Positions 38,223 through 51,459 of a stretch of 64,000 bases of DNA are shown piece after piece (positions within the stretch are counted from its first letter, which is position 1; every line of letters begins with the position of its first letter). The stretch is taken from positions 23,064,001 to 23,128,000 of the forward strand of contig OX597830.1 of the NCBI GenBank assembly GCA_951406725.2, given 5' to 3'. Origin of the DNA: Octopus vulgaris. Taxonomy: Eukaryota. The translations under genes and the position numbers were made by a program. The notes beneath the pieces are model-generated. The model saw only the letters and a list, made by a program, of their open reading frames with translations, made no database searches and was not told the origin of the DNA.

Positions 38223-39399
38223 CTCAAAGTTCACTGACAATACTTTCTGAGAAATGTCTTGATCTTTGCAGCACTTATTCTCATTTGCAGCACCGAACAC
38301 TTTTTATATAAACAAAAAGTTACAATATTGAGGAATTCATCTGATTCAACGATTTGCATGTCTATCAAAAGGGTACCACAAATACAAAGACATAGAACTA
38401 AGTACCTTTACAAATCTTATGGAGACTTTATGTAGCTAATGTATAACAATGGCTGACTTGGGCAGATCACTCCAATAAAAACTGTTTCTTTTGAAAATCT
38501 GCAGAAAACTTTAGGCTTGTGTTTTATATTTTCCACAACCCTATTCTGTTTCTTTTAACAGCATGAATATTTCTGTGGGAGCAATTTATTCTATTCTTGG
38601 TTTTTATGAGCGACATTCTTAAATGGATTTTTCCTGTGTCAATGGTTTATCCATTTAAGTGATTTGAGATCATTGTTCCTCTCATGAGAATTTCTCTGTG
38701 TCTGGGAATGGTATTTTCATAAGCCTCAGCCTTCTTCTCTAAGACATATTTAATGCATGTAACTTGTATTATTTACATAAAGGGGTAGATTAGCAGACTT
38801 GATAAAGATGCCAGATAAAATGCCTTGGGGTATTTTATTTGCCTTAGCACTTTACATTCTGAGTTCAAGTCCCACAAAGGTCAACTTAGTCATCCATCCT
38901 TTTGGGGTTAACAAAATAAAGCACTAGTCAAGTACTGAAGTTGATGTAATTGACCACATCCCCTCCCCTCAAAATTTCAGGCCTTGAGTACACACTTTCA
39001 TTTTAAAGGGCAATTGATAGGCAGAATCAGTAGAGCATCAGTAAAATTCTTCAGGTCACTGCCCCAGCATGGCTGCAATCTAATGATTGAAACAGATAAA
39101 AGGAGTGAGTGTATGAGCATGTGTCTTTGTGTTTGCCCCCCACTCCCACTGCCTGACACCTGGTGTTGGTTTGTTTATGTTCCCATTAGCTTAACAGTTT
39201 GGCAAAAGAGTCCAATAGAATAAGTACCAGACTTTAAAAAATAAACTTGGGGATCAATTTGATCCACTAAACCCTTCAAGATGGTGCCCCAGTATAATCG
39301 CATTCCTATCGATGAGAAAGGTAAAAGACAACAAAAGGTTTAATTCTAGTTTGGTATGGTTAGAGAAAACTATAGGAGTCACCTTCACATTAAGAATGA

Positions 39400-39800
39400 G
39401 TACGGGTGCCACTTAAAAAACACCCAGTCCACACTGTAAGGTGGTTGGCATTTGGAAAGGCACCCAGCTGTAAAAACCATGGGAAAACTCATCTTGCCTG
39501 TGTGAGTACCATGTGAAAAACACCCAGTCCACACTGTAAAGTGGTTGGCATTTGGAAGGGCACCCAACTGTAAAATCCCTGCCAAAACTGATCTTGCCTG
39601 TGTGAGTGCCATGTAAAAAGCACTCAGCCTGCCCTATGAAGTGGTTGGTGTTAGGAAGGGCATTCAGCCATAAAAATCTATGCCAAAACAGACACAGCAG
39701 CGGCACAGGCTCCTGCCTGGCCAGCTCCTGTCAAACTGTCCAACCCATGCCAGCATGGAAGAAGGACGTTAAATGATGATGAAAATGATAATGATGATCA
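39400..39800 (+). mobile_element. SINE family C with an internal ~100-bp triplication
   Basis: aaaacacccagtccacactgtaa.gtggttggcatttggaa.ggcaccca.ctgtaaaa repeated; (GAT)n tail. Confidence 0.75.
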
Positions 39801-40245
39801 CCAGCATCATCAGCATCAGCATTATCGTGGTGAAGTAGACATCGAGAGCATTATTACTTCTTGTTTAGATAAACAGCAGCTCACTAATTCCTCGAACATG
39901 TTCATGAAATCAAGAAGAAATACTCTTTCTCTTGCAGCTCTTATAATAATATCTGCTGGAACACCGTCTTGCTTTATGAGGCTGACACAGAGCTAAACGA
40001 CAAGTGGTTTCTTATTTTTTCGTCAAGTCTGGAAAAGGGTGATTGACAAAATGAATAATACTACTGATCTCAGCAAGATTTTCAGCTGAGAATGTTGCGT
40101 ACAGCAGGATTATAAAAACGAGATACGGTGAAAACATACAGTCTAGATTTCAACAGACTGTCTACCACATAAACTACACTTGAGAATACAAATACATATT
40201 AAAAAAAACATAATTAGAAAAAACATAAAAAGAATGAATAGCTGT

Positions 40246-40309
<64 letters not shown>

Positions 40310-40321
40310 TATATATATATG

Positions 40322-40383
<62 letters not shown>

Positions 40384-42499
40384 TGTATATCTATGTGTGT
40401 ATGCTTATGTGCATGTGAGTGTATACACGCACATATACACAAACGTGTGTGTGTATCTGTGTTTGTCCTTGTAAAAATAGTGAAAATAAATACGAGAATA
40501 TTTTAAAACAAGTTATTATGGTTTTGAACTTTTTTTTTGCTTTGTTGTTTCAGTTTTTTTTTTGTTGTTGTATCTGCTAAACTTTTTTCTGCTTTTATTT
40601 TGTAATATACGTACCCCCCTCCCCCCAAAATAAGTAAAAATATAAATTAAAATAGTTTTTAAAAATTACACACATACATACATGCGTATATATCTATATA
40701 TATGTATAAATATATATTTATATACACATACATGTACACAGTTGTGCACACCCATACACACACACACACACACACATGTATATATGCATACATCAATACA
40801 CATTAATATATATACACATACAAATATGTAAACATATATCCATACACACACACACACATACATATGCATATATATATAACCACAAACACACACTTATACA
40901 CACACACACACACATACAGACAATGACATATTTACACAATAGCCAGGAGGAAAGGAAAGACATGGGGTTAAGAACAGGGCTGTTTTGCACATGTGTACAT
41001 GTCTGCAAAGTACGTGTATGTATCTGTGTGTGTATGTGTGTGTGTGTGTGTGTGTGTATCTGTGAGTATGTCTGCATGTGTATGTGTGTGATATTAAAAG
41101 CCAGTTTTGAAAGTGAGACCCTTACAGACATCACTACTCCTCCTCATCTCGTTTCCTACAACACAAAATCTCATTATCCTCCTCTATAAAAGTTTGTGCC
41201 CAATGCTTAAGTAACGAATTATTATTGCAATTATTATTATTATTATTATTATTATTGTTGTTGTTGTGGTTGTTGTTAAATGAACTTTGTCTCAGTAATT
41301 ATTTATTTTTGCCAAAATCAGCCATTTCAGGAGGAAAAAAAAAACAAACAACAACCTTACAACGACACACTCATTCTTCTTTTATTTAAATAAAAAAAAA
41401 AATGCAAAGTGAAAGGGAAAAGAAACATAAAAATAAAAACAAGGACAAAAAAAGAAACTGCACCTACCCTCACCTCCCTCCCTCCTTGGCCACACACACA
41501 CACACACACACACACGTTTGCATTCAAATATGCACTTACAGCAAGGGAAAGGAAGGAACTGCCATTCTACAAGGAAATGGAAAATAATGCCGTTGCTACT
41601 ACTACTACTACTACTACTACCACCATCAGAAACAGCAGCAGCAGCAGCACCACCACCACCACCATCACCACCACTGTCACCACTACCAGTGTCACCATCA
41701 CCACCATCATCTCTCCCAATATATCCACCAACACCACCACCACCATTCCATATCGCTACTTTCTCTCAATCAACATTGCGATCACTACCTGTACCACAAC
41801 CATCACTACTAGACTGAAAACACCACTATCAACACTAGCACCACTACCATTCCTATCAACACCACTACCTCCTAAACCGCTAGAAATGCTGCTACCACTA
41901 TCCACTGCCGCCAACACTGATGAAGTACTGACTGCTGCCATCATACAACCACCATCGCCATTGACTACCTCTAACATACTGCACTACCACACCACCATCG
42001 CTCTCACAACCCACACCATGCCCAGAACTATCACCACTACCAATGCTGCTTTCTATAGAAGAAGAAAACATTGCTGTATTCTTTAAGCGAAAGTCAAAGT
42101 CAATAACATTGGCCAATACCACCACAAAGAAAACAGAAAACGGAAACATCTTTTCAAGAATTAGGATAAGAACTTTTTTGGTTTAGAGAAGAAAATTCAA
42201 AACAAAATGAAACCTCAGAGAATCTTTCAATATAATTGTATAGACATATAAGAGAATTTTTGAATATTATTATATACGCATATAAGGTGGAGATCTGGCA
42301 GAATTGTTAGAATGCCGACCAAAATGCTTAGCTGCGTTTCATCTGGCTTCATGTTCCAAGTTCAAATTCTGTCAGGGTTGACTGTCATCCTTTTGGGGTC
42401 GATAAAATAAGTACCAGTTGAGCACTGGGGGTGATGTAATTGACTTACCCCCTCCTTTGAAATTGCTGGTCATGAGACAAAACTTGAAATTGTTATTAT

Positions 42500-43523
42500 A
42501 GATTAGTCCACATGGCCCCAGAGGCTCCCTGTAAGATTTTTGGGGTCCACACAACATGTGTTTAGAAGTATGTATTTGTATGTATCGCAAGAAACAGTTG
42601 GGTTTCTTTCTCTAACATTTCACATAGCGCAGGAGTGGCTGTGTGGTAAGTAGTTTGCTTACCAACCACATGGTTCTGGGTTCAGTCCCACCGCATGACA
42701 TCTTGGGCAAGTGTCTTATACTATAGCCTTGGGCTGACCAAAGCCTTGTGAGTAGATTTGATAGATGGAAACTGAAAGAAGCCTGCTGTATATATATATA
42801 TATATATCGCTAGCCACTACACATTCTTTTTCTCTCCTTGTTTCTTTCTGTGTTCCTTTCTGTGGAAGAGCGTAGGCTCAAAACGTTAAAGACTTTTCAC
42901 TTCCCGAGCGTTATACTAATACATCTATTTGTTGTCTACACCACCTGTCTTTGTCTTTTGTTTTTTTGTGAATTCTCCCTATATGTATATACGCTTTTAT
43001 GCTTTTACTTGTTTCAGTCATTTGACTGTGGCCATGCTGGAGCACTGCCTTTTAGTCGAGCAAATCGACCCCAGGACTTATTCTTTGTAAGCCTAGAACT
43101 TATTCTATCAGTCTCTTTTGCCGAACCGCTAAGTTACGTATATATATGAATGTATATATATATATGTTTGTGTGTCTGTGTTTGTGCCCCAACATAGCTT
43201 GACAACCGATGCAGGTGCGTTTATGTCCCTGTAACTTAGTGGTTCAGTAAAAGAGTCTGATAGAATAAGTACTAGGCTTACAAAGAATATGTCCTGGGGT
43301 TGATTTGCTCAACTAAACGCAATGCTCCAACATGGCCACAGTCAAATTACTGAAACAAATAAAAGAATAGCTCAACCTATACAAGTTAATGTGTAAAAAA
43401 CAGTAGAGGGATTTTGAAAGTTTTTATAAAGCTAGTTTTTAAAAATCAAACGGAGACAGGGTCCACCAGAATAAAGTAATAATCAAAGGAGTCCATAGAT
43501 AAAAAATGGTTGAGAACCTGTGC
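42500..43523. mobile_element. Nested composite: hAT-like MITE > SINE A (42628-43366) > Penelope-like fragment (42808-42980) and inverted SINE A fragment (43002-43138)
   Basis: The hAT-like sequence resumes after the SINE and ends ggttgagaacc. The SINE's internal (TA)n holds the other two pieces. Confidence 0.75.
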
Positions 43524-43821
43524 TATAGATGTTAATAAGGTGGCAAGCTGGACAAAATGCTTAGTGACATTTTGTCCATTTTTATGTTCTGAGTTCAAAT
43601 TCTGCCAAAGTTGACTTTGCCATTTGTCCTTCCTGAGTCAATAAATTAAGTACCAGTCATCTACTTGGGACAGAACCCACAACCATATGGTCGTGAAGCA
43701 AATTTCTTAACTGCACAGCCATGTCTGCATATATATACTTTGGTCAGCCTGGTGCTATAGCAGATGACACTTGCTCAAGGTATTGCACAGTAGGACAGAA
43801 CTCACAGGTTCTATAAGGCTG

Positions 43822-44049
43822 TTAGCTGGCAGAAACGTTAGCATGCCAGGCGAAATGCTTAGTGGTATTTCGTCTGCTGTTATGTTCTGAGTTCAATTTC
43901 CGCCGAGATCAACTTTGCCTTTCATCCTTTCGGGGTCGATAAATTAAGTACCAATTACGCACTGGGGTCAATATAATCAACTTAATCCCTTTGTCTGTCC
44001 TTGTTTGTCCCCTCTACATTTAGCCCCTTGTGGGCAATAAAGAAATAAG
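43822..44049 (+). mobile_element. SINE family B, near full-length
   Basis: agctggcagaaacgttagc...gttctgagttcaa...ggggtcgataaattaagtacc...tagccccttgtgggcaataaagaaataag. Confidence 0.85.
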
Positions 44050-44127
44050 GACAGAACCCACAGCCATGTGGCTGGGAAGGGAATTTCGTAACTACACGGT
44101 TATGTCGGCATCTATAGACTTTGGTCA

Positions 44128-44415
44128 GTCACCAGACGTACTTTTATGTTCTACAAAATGTACTCTATATGTCCACCAGATGTACTTTTATGTTTCACCA
44201 AAAATACTTTCACTACCAAAAGATACAGTTTGATGACCCACAAGCTTTATGTCCTACAAAATGTGCTTTGCATGATATTTTATATATCCCATCAAATATA
44301 TATTTTCGTGCTACTAGATGTACTTTTGTGTCATCACATGTACTTTTATGTGCCACCACATGTACATTTATATGTCATCTAATGTACTTTTATGTGCCAC
44401 TGGATGTCCTTTTAC
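44128..44415. repeat. Degenerate minisatellite, ~20-22-bp unit
   Basis: Recurring ccaccagatgtacttttatgtg. Confidence 0.8.
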
Positions 44416-45204
44416 TTTGAGCAACATGATGTAATTTTCTGTGTTATCAGCTGATGAAAACCCCCCACAAAAAAACGAAGAGTAATAAGCGTGGGTGTTC
44501 TTTGGGTAAATCTTATTTTCGGTGGAATCTTTAAGTACTGAGGATGTTGCAAAAACCTGCATAGATAATACATTAGATGGATATCTGTTAATCAAAGAGT
44601 TTAAAAAGAAAAGCTGTGGTAGGAAAAGAATCTGGTAGAAAAAGAAAAAAGAAAAAAAACAAACAAACAGCTATGTGAAGAAATTTGATCATAACTATGG
44701 TGCCAGGTGTATACTTTGAACCAAAGTTATGGCAGTTTATCTTAAAGTTAAGATACTTAAAGCAGTTTTGCACAATTATCAGATTAAAAGAGCATTAGAT
44801 TAATTAATTAATTGCTCATATTATACACTCTTCTTCGTTAACTTTAACAAGTATCTGAGTGTAATTACTTTATCTCGTTTGATATATTGACATTGGAAAA
44901 AAATCTTATCATTATGTAATGCTATATATCCTAAAGGTAGGGGATAAAAGGAGAAAAAAGAAGGAAAGACAAGACCAGTCCAAAACTAGCGCTATTCTCC
45001 CTTAACACTTCTGTGATCATATTACTAATGAATCACACTGCCTATGTGTTTCTATTTTGAAAATTAATTAAGAAATTTTTAATGATTTTTTCAGTGATAT
45101 AAGCACAGGCATGGTTCTGTAGTTAAGATATTCACTTAGCAATTATGTGGTTTTGAGTTTAGTCTACTGTACAGCACCTTTGACATGAGTCTTCTATAAT
45201 TTTT

Positions 45205-45590
45205 TTCTACTCTAGGTACAAGGCCCAAAATTTTGTGGAGAGGGGGCCAGACGATTAGATCAACCCCAGTACGCAATTGGTCCTTAATTTATCGATCCTG
45301 AAAGAATGAAAGGCAAAGTCGACCTCGGTGAAATTTGAACTCAGAACGTAAAGACCGACAAAATACCTATTTCTTTACTGCCCAGAAGGGGCTAAACACA
45401 GAGGGGACAAACAAGGACAGACAAACGGATTAAGTCGATTATATCGATCTCAGTGCGTAACTGGTACTTAATTTATCAACTCTGAAAGGATGAAAGGCAA
45501 AGTCGACCTTGGCGGAATTTGAACTGAGAACGTAATGGCAGACGAAATAGTGCCAAGCTTTTCGCTCAACGTGCTAACGTTTCTGCCAGT
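45205..45590 (-). mobile_element. Two abutting or nested SINE family B copies
   Basis: gaaaggcaaagtcgacct.gg.g.aatttgaact.agaacgtaa occurs twice. Confidence 0.8.
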
Positions 45591-47343
45591 TCAGCACACG
45601 ACTAGCCAATGCCTTGTGAAACAATTTGGTAGGAGGCAGAAACTGTGTGTGAGTGCGCGCGTGCGTGTGTGTGTGTGTGTGTGCGTGCGAGTGTATATAA
45701 TCATCGTCATCATCATCAACAGTTAATGTACATTTTCCATGCTGGCTCGGGTCGGACACATGGATAGGGACTAGCAAGGTCAGGGGTTGCACCAGATTCC
45801 ATAGTCTGTTGTTCAAGCTTGGTTTCTACAGCTGGATGCCCTTCCTAATGCCAAACACTTTTACAGAGTGTACTGAGTACTTTTTATGTGGTACCAGCAC
45901 CCACACCAATGTTTTTTCCGTGGCATCTTGGTTTTAGGATCTCAATTCTGTTGTAGTGGGCGGGACCATTTGAGTACAGCAATGCACCACATATCTCAGC
46001 CCTCTGTCATCTCCTTTGTAAGGCTCAGCATTTTGAGAGCGGCCTTCATACATTAAATATATTAAATCAAAGGTTGGATTTTATGGTATTATCTTTAATT
46101 AAAGTTAATTATATAAATTCCACTCTTTAATTTGATGTATTTGTTATATATGACCAATCTACCGGACATGGAATTTCAGCTGGTATGGACAGTCTTCTTC
46201 TCAAAGGCAAACCATGCTGGGGCACCAACTTGAAGGGTTTTAATTGAATAAATGAAACTCAGTAATAATCTTATTATTTCTTAAGTCTGATATTTATTCT
46301 ATCAGTTTCTGTTGTTCAAACTGCTAAGTTATGCAAATGTAAAGTAAGTAACACTGTTGTCAAGTGGTGGCAGGGGTGGATGAGGGAGTGTCCAACCACA
46401 AACACACATGACAAGCTTCCACACAATTTCCATCTATGAAATTTGCTCACAACTTGTTCGTCAGCCCAAGAGTAATAATAACAAAAGATACTTGCCCAGG
46501 TGCTGTGCAGTAGGACTGAACCTGAAAATACCTGGTTGCAAAGCAAGCCTCCCGATCATGCCTGCATTGAATTATTATAGAGGCCTCTTTAAATTCCCAG
46601 TATTAACAATGTGTACATATGTTACCCCAGACCAGAGGGTGCTCACATACAATTATATCTAGTAACCTTTCTCTTTAAATGGTTACATTTAAAAGAAAAC
46701 AAAAACTACTCTTGAGATAATTTCCGTTCAAAAACTACTAAAATATTTCACTAAAAGACAACTATTATCCTTATATGGGCACTAATTTTTTTTTTTTTTT
46801 AGTATTTTTCTTTCCCAGTTTTGAAACTACTATTTACTCTTTAAAAAAGGCTATGAATTTCGAAAGTGGAGAGGGTGGAAGTGGAGATTCCTGTTTACAC
46901 AGGAAACAACAACAAAAATTGGTAGATATTTTTGGAAAATTTTTATTTCAAATCAATTTATTAAGAATTTCTTGCGTCTATTTTTTTTTTTTTAATATTA
47001 TTTTCATAAACTTTTTGTCATTTTATATTTGCTTTTCCACAATGTATTTTTCTAATCTCCATTAAATATTAAATTGAATAATAGATCAATAGAATAATTA
47101 ATAGAATATAATTTAATCTATTATATGGCTCAATTTACATTCACTGCTGAATTCATTATCTTTCAAATTATTGAAGATATTTAGGTACTAGTTTTCTATA
47201 AACTAAATTGTGGCCTTAGGCTATTGGAGATGGGCTGATGAAGTACAAAGCTGAACTGTTCTACATAGCAACTCGTTTAATTAAGCAACAATATAGTTTC
47301 AGAAATGAAATACTATAGTGATTTTTGTTTTGTTTGTTTTTAG

Positions 47344-47400
47344 TTGCTAGGTTTGAAAGAAGGGGCAGAGCTCACAACTTTCGCAGATCCTTCAAGAATG
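47344..47400 (+). CDS. Candidate 57-nt internal exon (LLGLKEGAELTTFADPSRM), in phase with 49365-49421
   Basis: Acceptor tttgttttgtttgtttttag|, open phase-0 frame, weak donor ATG|gtggcg (this donor also resembles the head of a local SINE). Confidence 0.25.
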
Positions 47401-47554
47401 GTGGCGAGATTAAAGCCATTAATGTTTATTTTTTGGGCATTGCTAGCATAAATATACGTTGAACATTGCGGTTGATGTAATCAATTTGACTCCTCCCCTC
47501 ATAAAATGTATGCCTTGTACCAAAGTCAAAAATGATAATTACTATTAATGGTAA

Positions 47555-48175
47555 CGTGGTGAGCTGGCAGAATTGTTAGCATGTTGGGCAAAATGCTTAG
47601 CGGCATTTCGTCCATCTTCACGTTCTGAGTTCAAATTCTGCCAAGGACGACTTTGCCTTTCATCCTTTAGGGGTCAATAAAATAAGTACCAGTTGAGCAC
47701 TGGGATTGGTGTAATTGACTCATCTCCTCACCCAAAAATGCTGCATTTGTGGAAAAATTTGAAGCCATTATTATTATTATTGTTATTATTATTATTAAGG
47801 TGGCGAGCTGGCAGAATTGTTAGCACCACGGGTAAAATGCTTTGCAACATTTCATCTACCTCTCCATTCTGAGTTCAAATTCTGCCAAGGTCGACTTTGC
47901 TTTTCATCCTTTCAGGGTTGATGAAATAAGTACCAGTTGTGCACTGGGGTCAATGTAATTGATTAGTCCTCTCCCCACCAAAATTTCAGACCTCGTGCCT
48001 ATAGTATAAAGGATTATTATTATTATTAATGGTAAGGTGGTGAATTGGCAGAACTGTGAACAGGCTGAATAAAATCCTTTTCAGCATTTCTTACGGTTTT
48101 ACGTTCTGAGTTCAAATCCCTAAGATTATTTTTACCTTACATCCCTTTCAGGGTCAATAAAATAGGTGTCAGTCA
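47555..48175 (+). mobile_element. Head-to-tail run of three SINE family B copies separated by (TTA)n
   Basis: Heads at ~47557, 47798 and 48035. Confidence 0.8.
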
Positions 48176-48951
48176 AGCCTTGTTCACACACACACACACA
48201 CACACATATATATGAGGATATATAGCATTACATAATAGTAAGAAGAGAGGTGAGTAGGTTGGGAGTGTTTGAGAGAAGATAGAATGATGCCCCTGAAAAT
48301 AATAACCCTTTGTACTAAAGGCACAAGGCCTAAAATTTGTGGGGAGAGATTAGTTGACTGCATCTGGTACTTATTTCATTGACCCTGAAAGGATGAAAGG
48401 CAAAGTTGACTTTGGCAGAATTTGATCTCCGAATGTAAAAATGAAAAAAATCTCTATAAGAGATGAAAGCAAGCTGGAGTGAGCTACTACTATGTCTAGC
48501 AGACGAGTATGCATCATTGAGGAAAATCATAATAAGGTTGAAACAGTGCAGTCTGGTGGTCTCAATTGCCGGAATAGTAGGGAGTCCTCTCCCCACTTGC
48601 AATGTATATCGAGTGCGAAGTGAACTGAATAACCAGCTGGAGGAGGTGTCTTCCTGTGGTTAAATAGCAATATTGTCTGTTCTTAGGTAACACCCATGTT
48701 TAGATAGTAATAAACATTAATATGCACATATACACTATTGAGTACTGTACATTCTCCTGGCTGCATGCATATATAATAAGTGAAGAATGGAGTGGCTGGT
48801 AGTTACATTTATTCCATGATGTACACTTGTTTCATTGATGGAATGTATGGATGAGAATAATAATATAGTTGTGTCCATTATATAAAGCATATTACATAAG
48901 GAGTTCCTTACACAGAGTCATAACTGAATGAATGAATATAATATACTGTTT

Positions 48952-49327
48952 TACTCTTTTACTTGCTTCAGTCATTTGACGGTGGCCATGCTGGAGCACT
49001 GCCTTTAGTCGAGCAAATCAACCCCAGGATTTATTCTTTGTAAGCCTGGTACTTATTCTATCGGTCTCTTTTGCCGAACCGCTAAGTTACGGGGACATAA
49101 ACACACCAGCATCAGTTGTCAAGTGATGTTGGGGGGGGGGGGGGAGCAAACACAGACACACAAACATACACACACACACATATATGCATATATACGACGG
49201 GCTTCTTTCAGTTTCCGTCTACCAAATCCACTTACAAGGCTTTGGTCAGCCCGAGGCTATAGTAGAAGACACTCACCCAGGGTGCTTTGCGGTGGGACTG
49301 AACCTGGAACTATATGGTTTGTAAGCA
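48952..49327 (-). mobile_element. SINE family A
   Basis: Matches the other family A copies. Confidence 0.85.
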
Positions 49328-49364
49328 GTTACAATTTTTTTCTTTTTGCTTTTCATTTATATAG

Positions 49365-49421
49365 GAAGAACTTGATAATCTAGAAAGAGTTTGTCTCCAG
49401 ATTCTTGAAGGAGGGAGCTAA
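49365..49421 (+). CDS. Candidate terminal coding exon of an unidentified plus-strand gene (EELDNLERVCLQILEGGS*)
   Basis: Strong acceptor (ttttttctttttgcttttcatttatatag|) and a protein-like phase-0 frame ending in TAA. It is followed by about 1.5 kb of largely repeat-poor AT-rich sequence with several AATAAA (e.g. 50755, 50847, 50869). No homology recognised. Confidence 0.35.
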   Translation, partial: EELDNLERVCLQILEGGS

Positions 49422-50181
49422 TGCTAAAATTTCTAAAATTTCAACAACAGACAGATTGGACTGATACATTCTTCTGAATTTTCTGTTTGATCTAACGTAG
49501 ATGTCTGTGAAAGATGTTCTCCTTCATACAAATTTGAATAGCAGCTATTTGTGAAAGTGTCTGGATTATCAGATCCCCTCTCTCTTACTATATATGTACA
49601 GACACACAGACACACACACACAAAGAATATATAATCTTCCACACAAGTAAAAATATGAAAAAATGAAGTTGAAAGTGCACTTGAAATCCTTTAATGTATA
49701 TCTATTAACATTATGCCATCAAGTTTCACAATGTCGCCATAATCATGAATGTTGCAAAATAAATAATGCTAATGGTATCTTACTTTATGTAACGGTAGCT
49801 GCATAAAGAAAAACAGGGTGGAAAATTACAAATCAAATAGCAATAACTGTCTTTCAACAATCACTGCCAAATGTATTTCTCTGATTTGTTGTTTTAGAAA
49901 CACGATTTTTGCAAAGTTGTTCAATGCTATACCTGGGTAAATGTAGAAAAAGACTGCACTCAAAGTCCTTTCACCCTTCTACATTTTCTCGTTCTTTTAC
50001 ATTAAATAGTTGCAATCTATTTAGGTATGGTTTGTATTTCTTGATAAATACACTTTATTTATTCATCTGTATTTGATCAACAATATTGTCAACACATTGT
50101 TACTACAATGGCAAAACTTAGTAATTCAGGTGTTTATTTGTTGCACTTATCCAAATGTTCACTAACAAGTATTTTTCTGCT

Positions 50182-50574
50182 GTGGAGGCGCAATGGCCCA
50201 GTGGTTAGGGCAGCGGACTCGCGGTCGTAGGATCGCGGTTTCGATTCCCAGACCGGACGTTGTGAGTGTTTATTGAGCGAAAACACCTAAAAGCTCCACG
50301 AGGCTCCGGCAGGGATGGTGGTGATCCCTGCTGTACTCTTTCACCACAACTTTCTCTCACTCTTACTTCCTGTTTCTGTTGTACCTGTATTTCAAAGGGC
50401 CGGCCTTGTCACTCTCTGTGTCACGCTGAATATCCCCGAGAACTACGTTAAGGGTACACGTGTCTGTGGAGTGCTCAGCCACTTACACGTTAATTTCACG
50501 AGCAGGCTGTTCCGTTGATTCGGATCAACCGGAACCCTCGTCGTCGTAACCGACGGAGTGCTTCCAAATCCAAC
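50182..50574 (+). mobile_element. Young full-length tRNA-derived SINE (family D; resembles described Octopus tRNA-Arg-type SINEs)
   Basis: A box tggcccagtgg, B-box-like ggtttcgattccc, CpGs intact, perfect 11-bp TSD ATTTTTCTGCT (50171-50181 and 50575-50585). Confidence 0.9.
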
Positions 50575-51316
50575 ATTTTTCTGCTACTACAATTTTATAC
50601 TTGTAGAGGGAAAACAGTCCTTTTTCTGCTTTAAACTTAATGTTGATTGTCCTCTGTAATTTTCTTTACTCCAAAAAAGGTGGAGTGGACATGGAACACG
50701 ACTAACTAATGAAATGAATTATAAATGTATAAAACCTCTAATTTTTATGGTCTCAATAAAATTTATGCGGTCAAACTATAAACAACTGCCTGTAGAGAAT
50801 CAATTTCATTGAGTGTTAATTAATATATGACAGCTTAATATGTATTAATAAACAACGTAACGATCTTAAATAAAAGATCAATTGTAACTAATTGATCCGG
50901 TAAACATCACAAACTAAGTGACTTGTTTGATACTGTTTCCTTTTTTAAGATGTGTATTTATGTGCATACGCACGCGCACACACACACACACACACACACA
51001 CAGGGTTGGCTGTGTGGTTAAGAAGCTTGCTTAACAACTGTGGCACTTAGGGCATGTATCTTCTGATAAGGCTCTGGGCCAACTAATGCCTTGTGAGTGA
51101 ATTTGGCAGAGAGAAGCTGTGTGGAAGACAGTTGTGTGTGTGTGTGTGTGTGTGTGTGTGGAATCCGACAGTGTAGTTAACCTCATGCTCAAGTTGAGTG
51201 CTGCATTGGAAATATTTTATCTTTCTACCCTCACAAGACCTTATTTTAAAAAATTTTCTTACATGTTTCAGCCATAAGACTGTGACCATGCTGGGGCACT
51301 GCTAGTGGTGTAAGAT

Positions 51317-51419
51317 GCTTACAGCACCTCAGTCTCCCTAGTGGTCACCCATCTAACTAGGCTTGGTGTTGTTTAACTTAGGTAATTGGATGAGAACCAG
51401 CACAGTCAACATAATATGC

Positions 51420-51424
<5 letters not shown>
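51317..51424 (-). pseudogene. 5S rRNA pseudogene
   Basis: Reverse complement tacaggcatattatgttgactgtgctggttctcatccaattacctaagttaaacaacaccaagcctagttag-atgggtgaccactagggagactgaggtgctgtaagc aligns end to end with metazoan 5S rRNA. It shows CpG decay and a ~7-8-nt deletion before box C. Confidence 0.85.

Positions 51425-51459
<35 letters not shown>

Noticed and set aside
38490-38760. Possible LINE linker fragment on the minus strand (RVVENIKHKPKVFCRF)
   Set aside because: Too degenerate to assign confidently by eye.
39938-40038. Plus-strand acceptor (tctttctcttgcag) with an open phase-2 frame
   Set aside because: Weak donor and no recognisable peptide; not enough to call an exon.
41409-42086. 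225-aa Thr-rich mucin-like ORF, the longest in the track
   Set aside because: Built from (CA)n, (ACT)n and (ACC)n repeats with a non-ATG start; the same low-complexity DNA occurs at 1740-2070 and 59400-59720.
50182-50260. Functional tRNA gene
   Set aside because: It is the tRNA-derived head of a SINE with a body, tail and TSD; the cloverleaf is incomplete.
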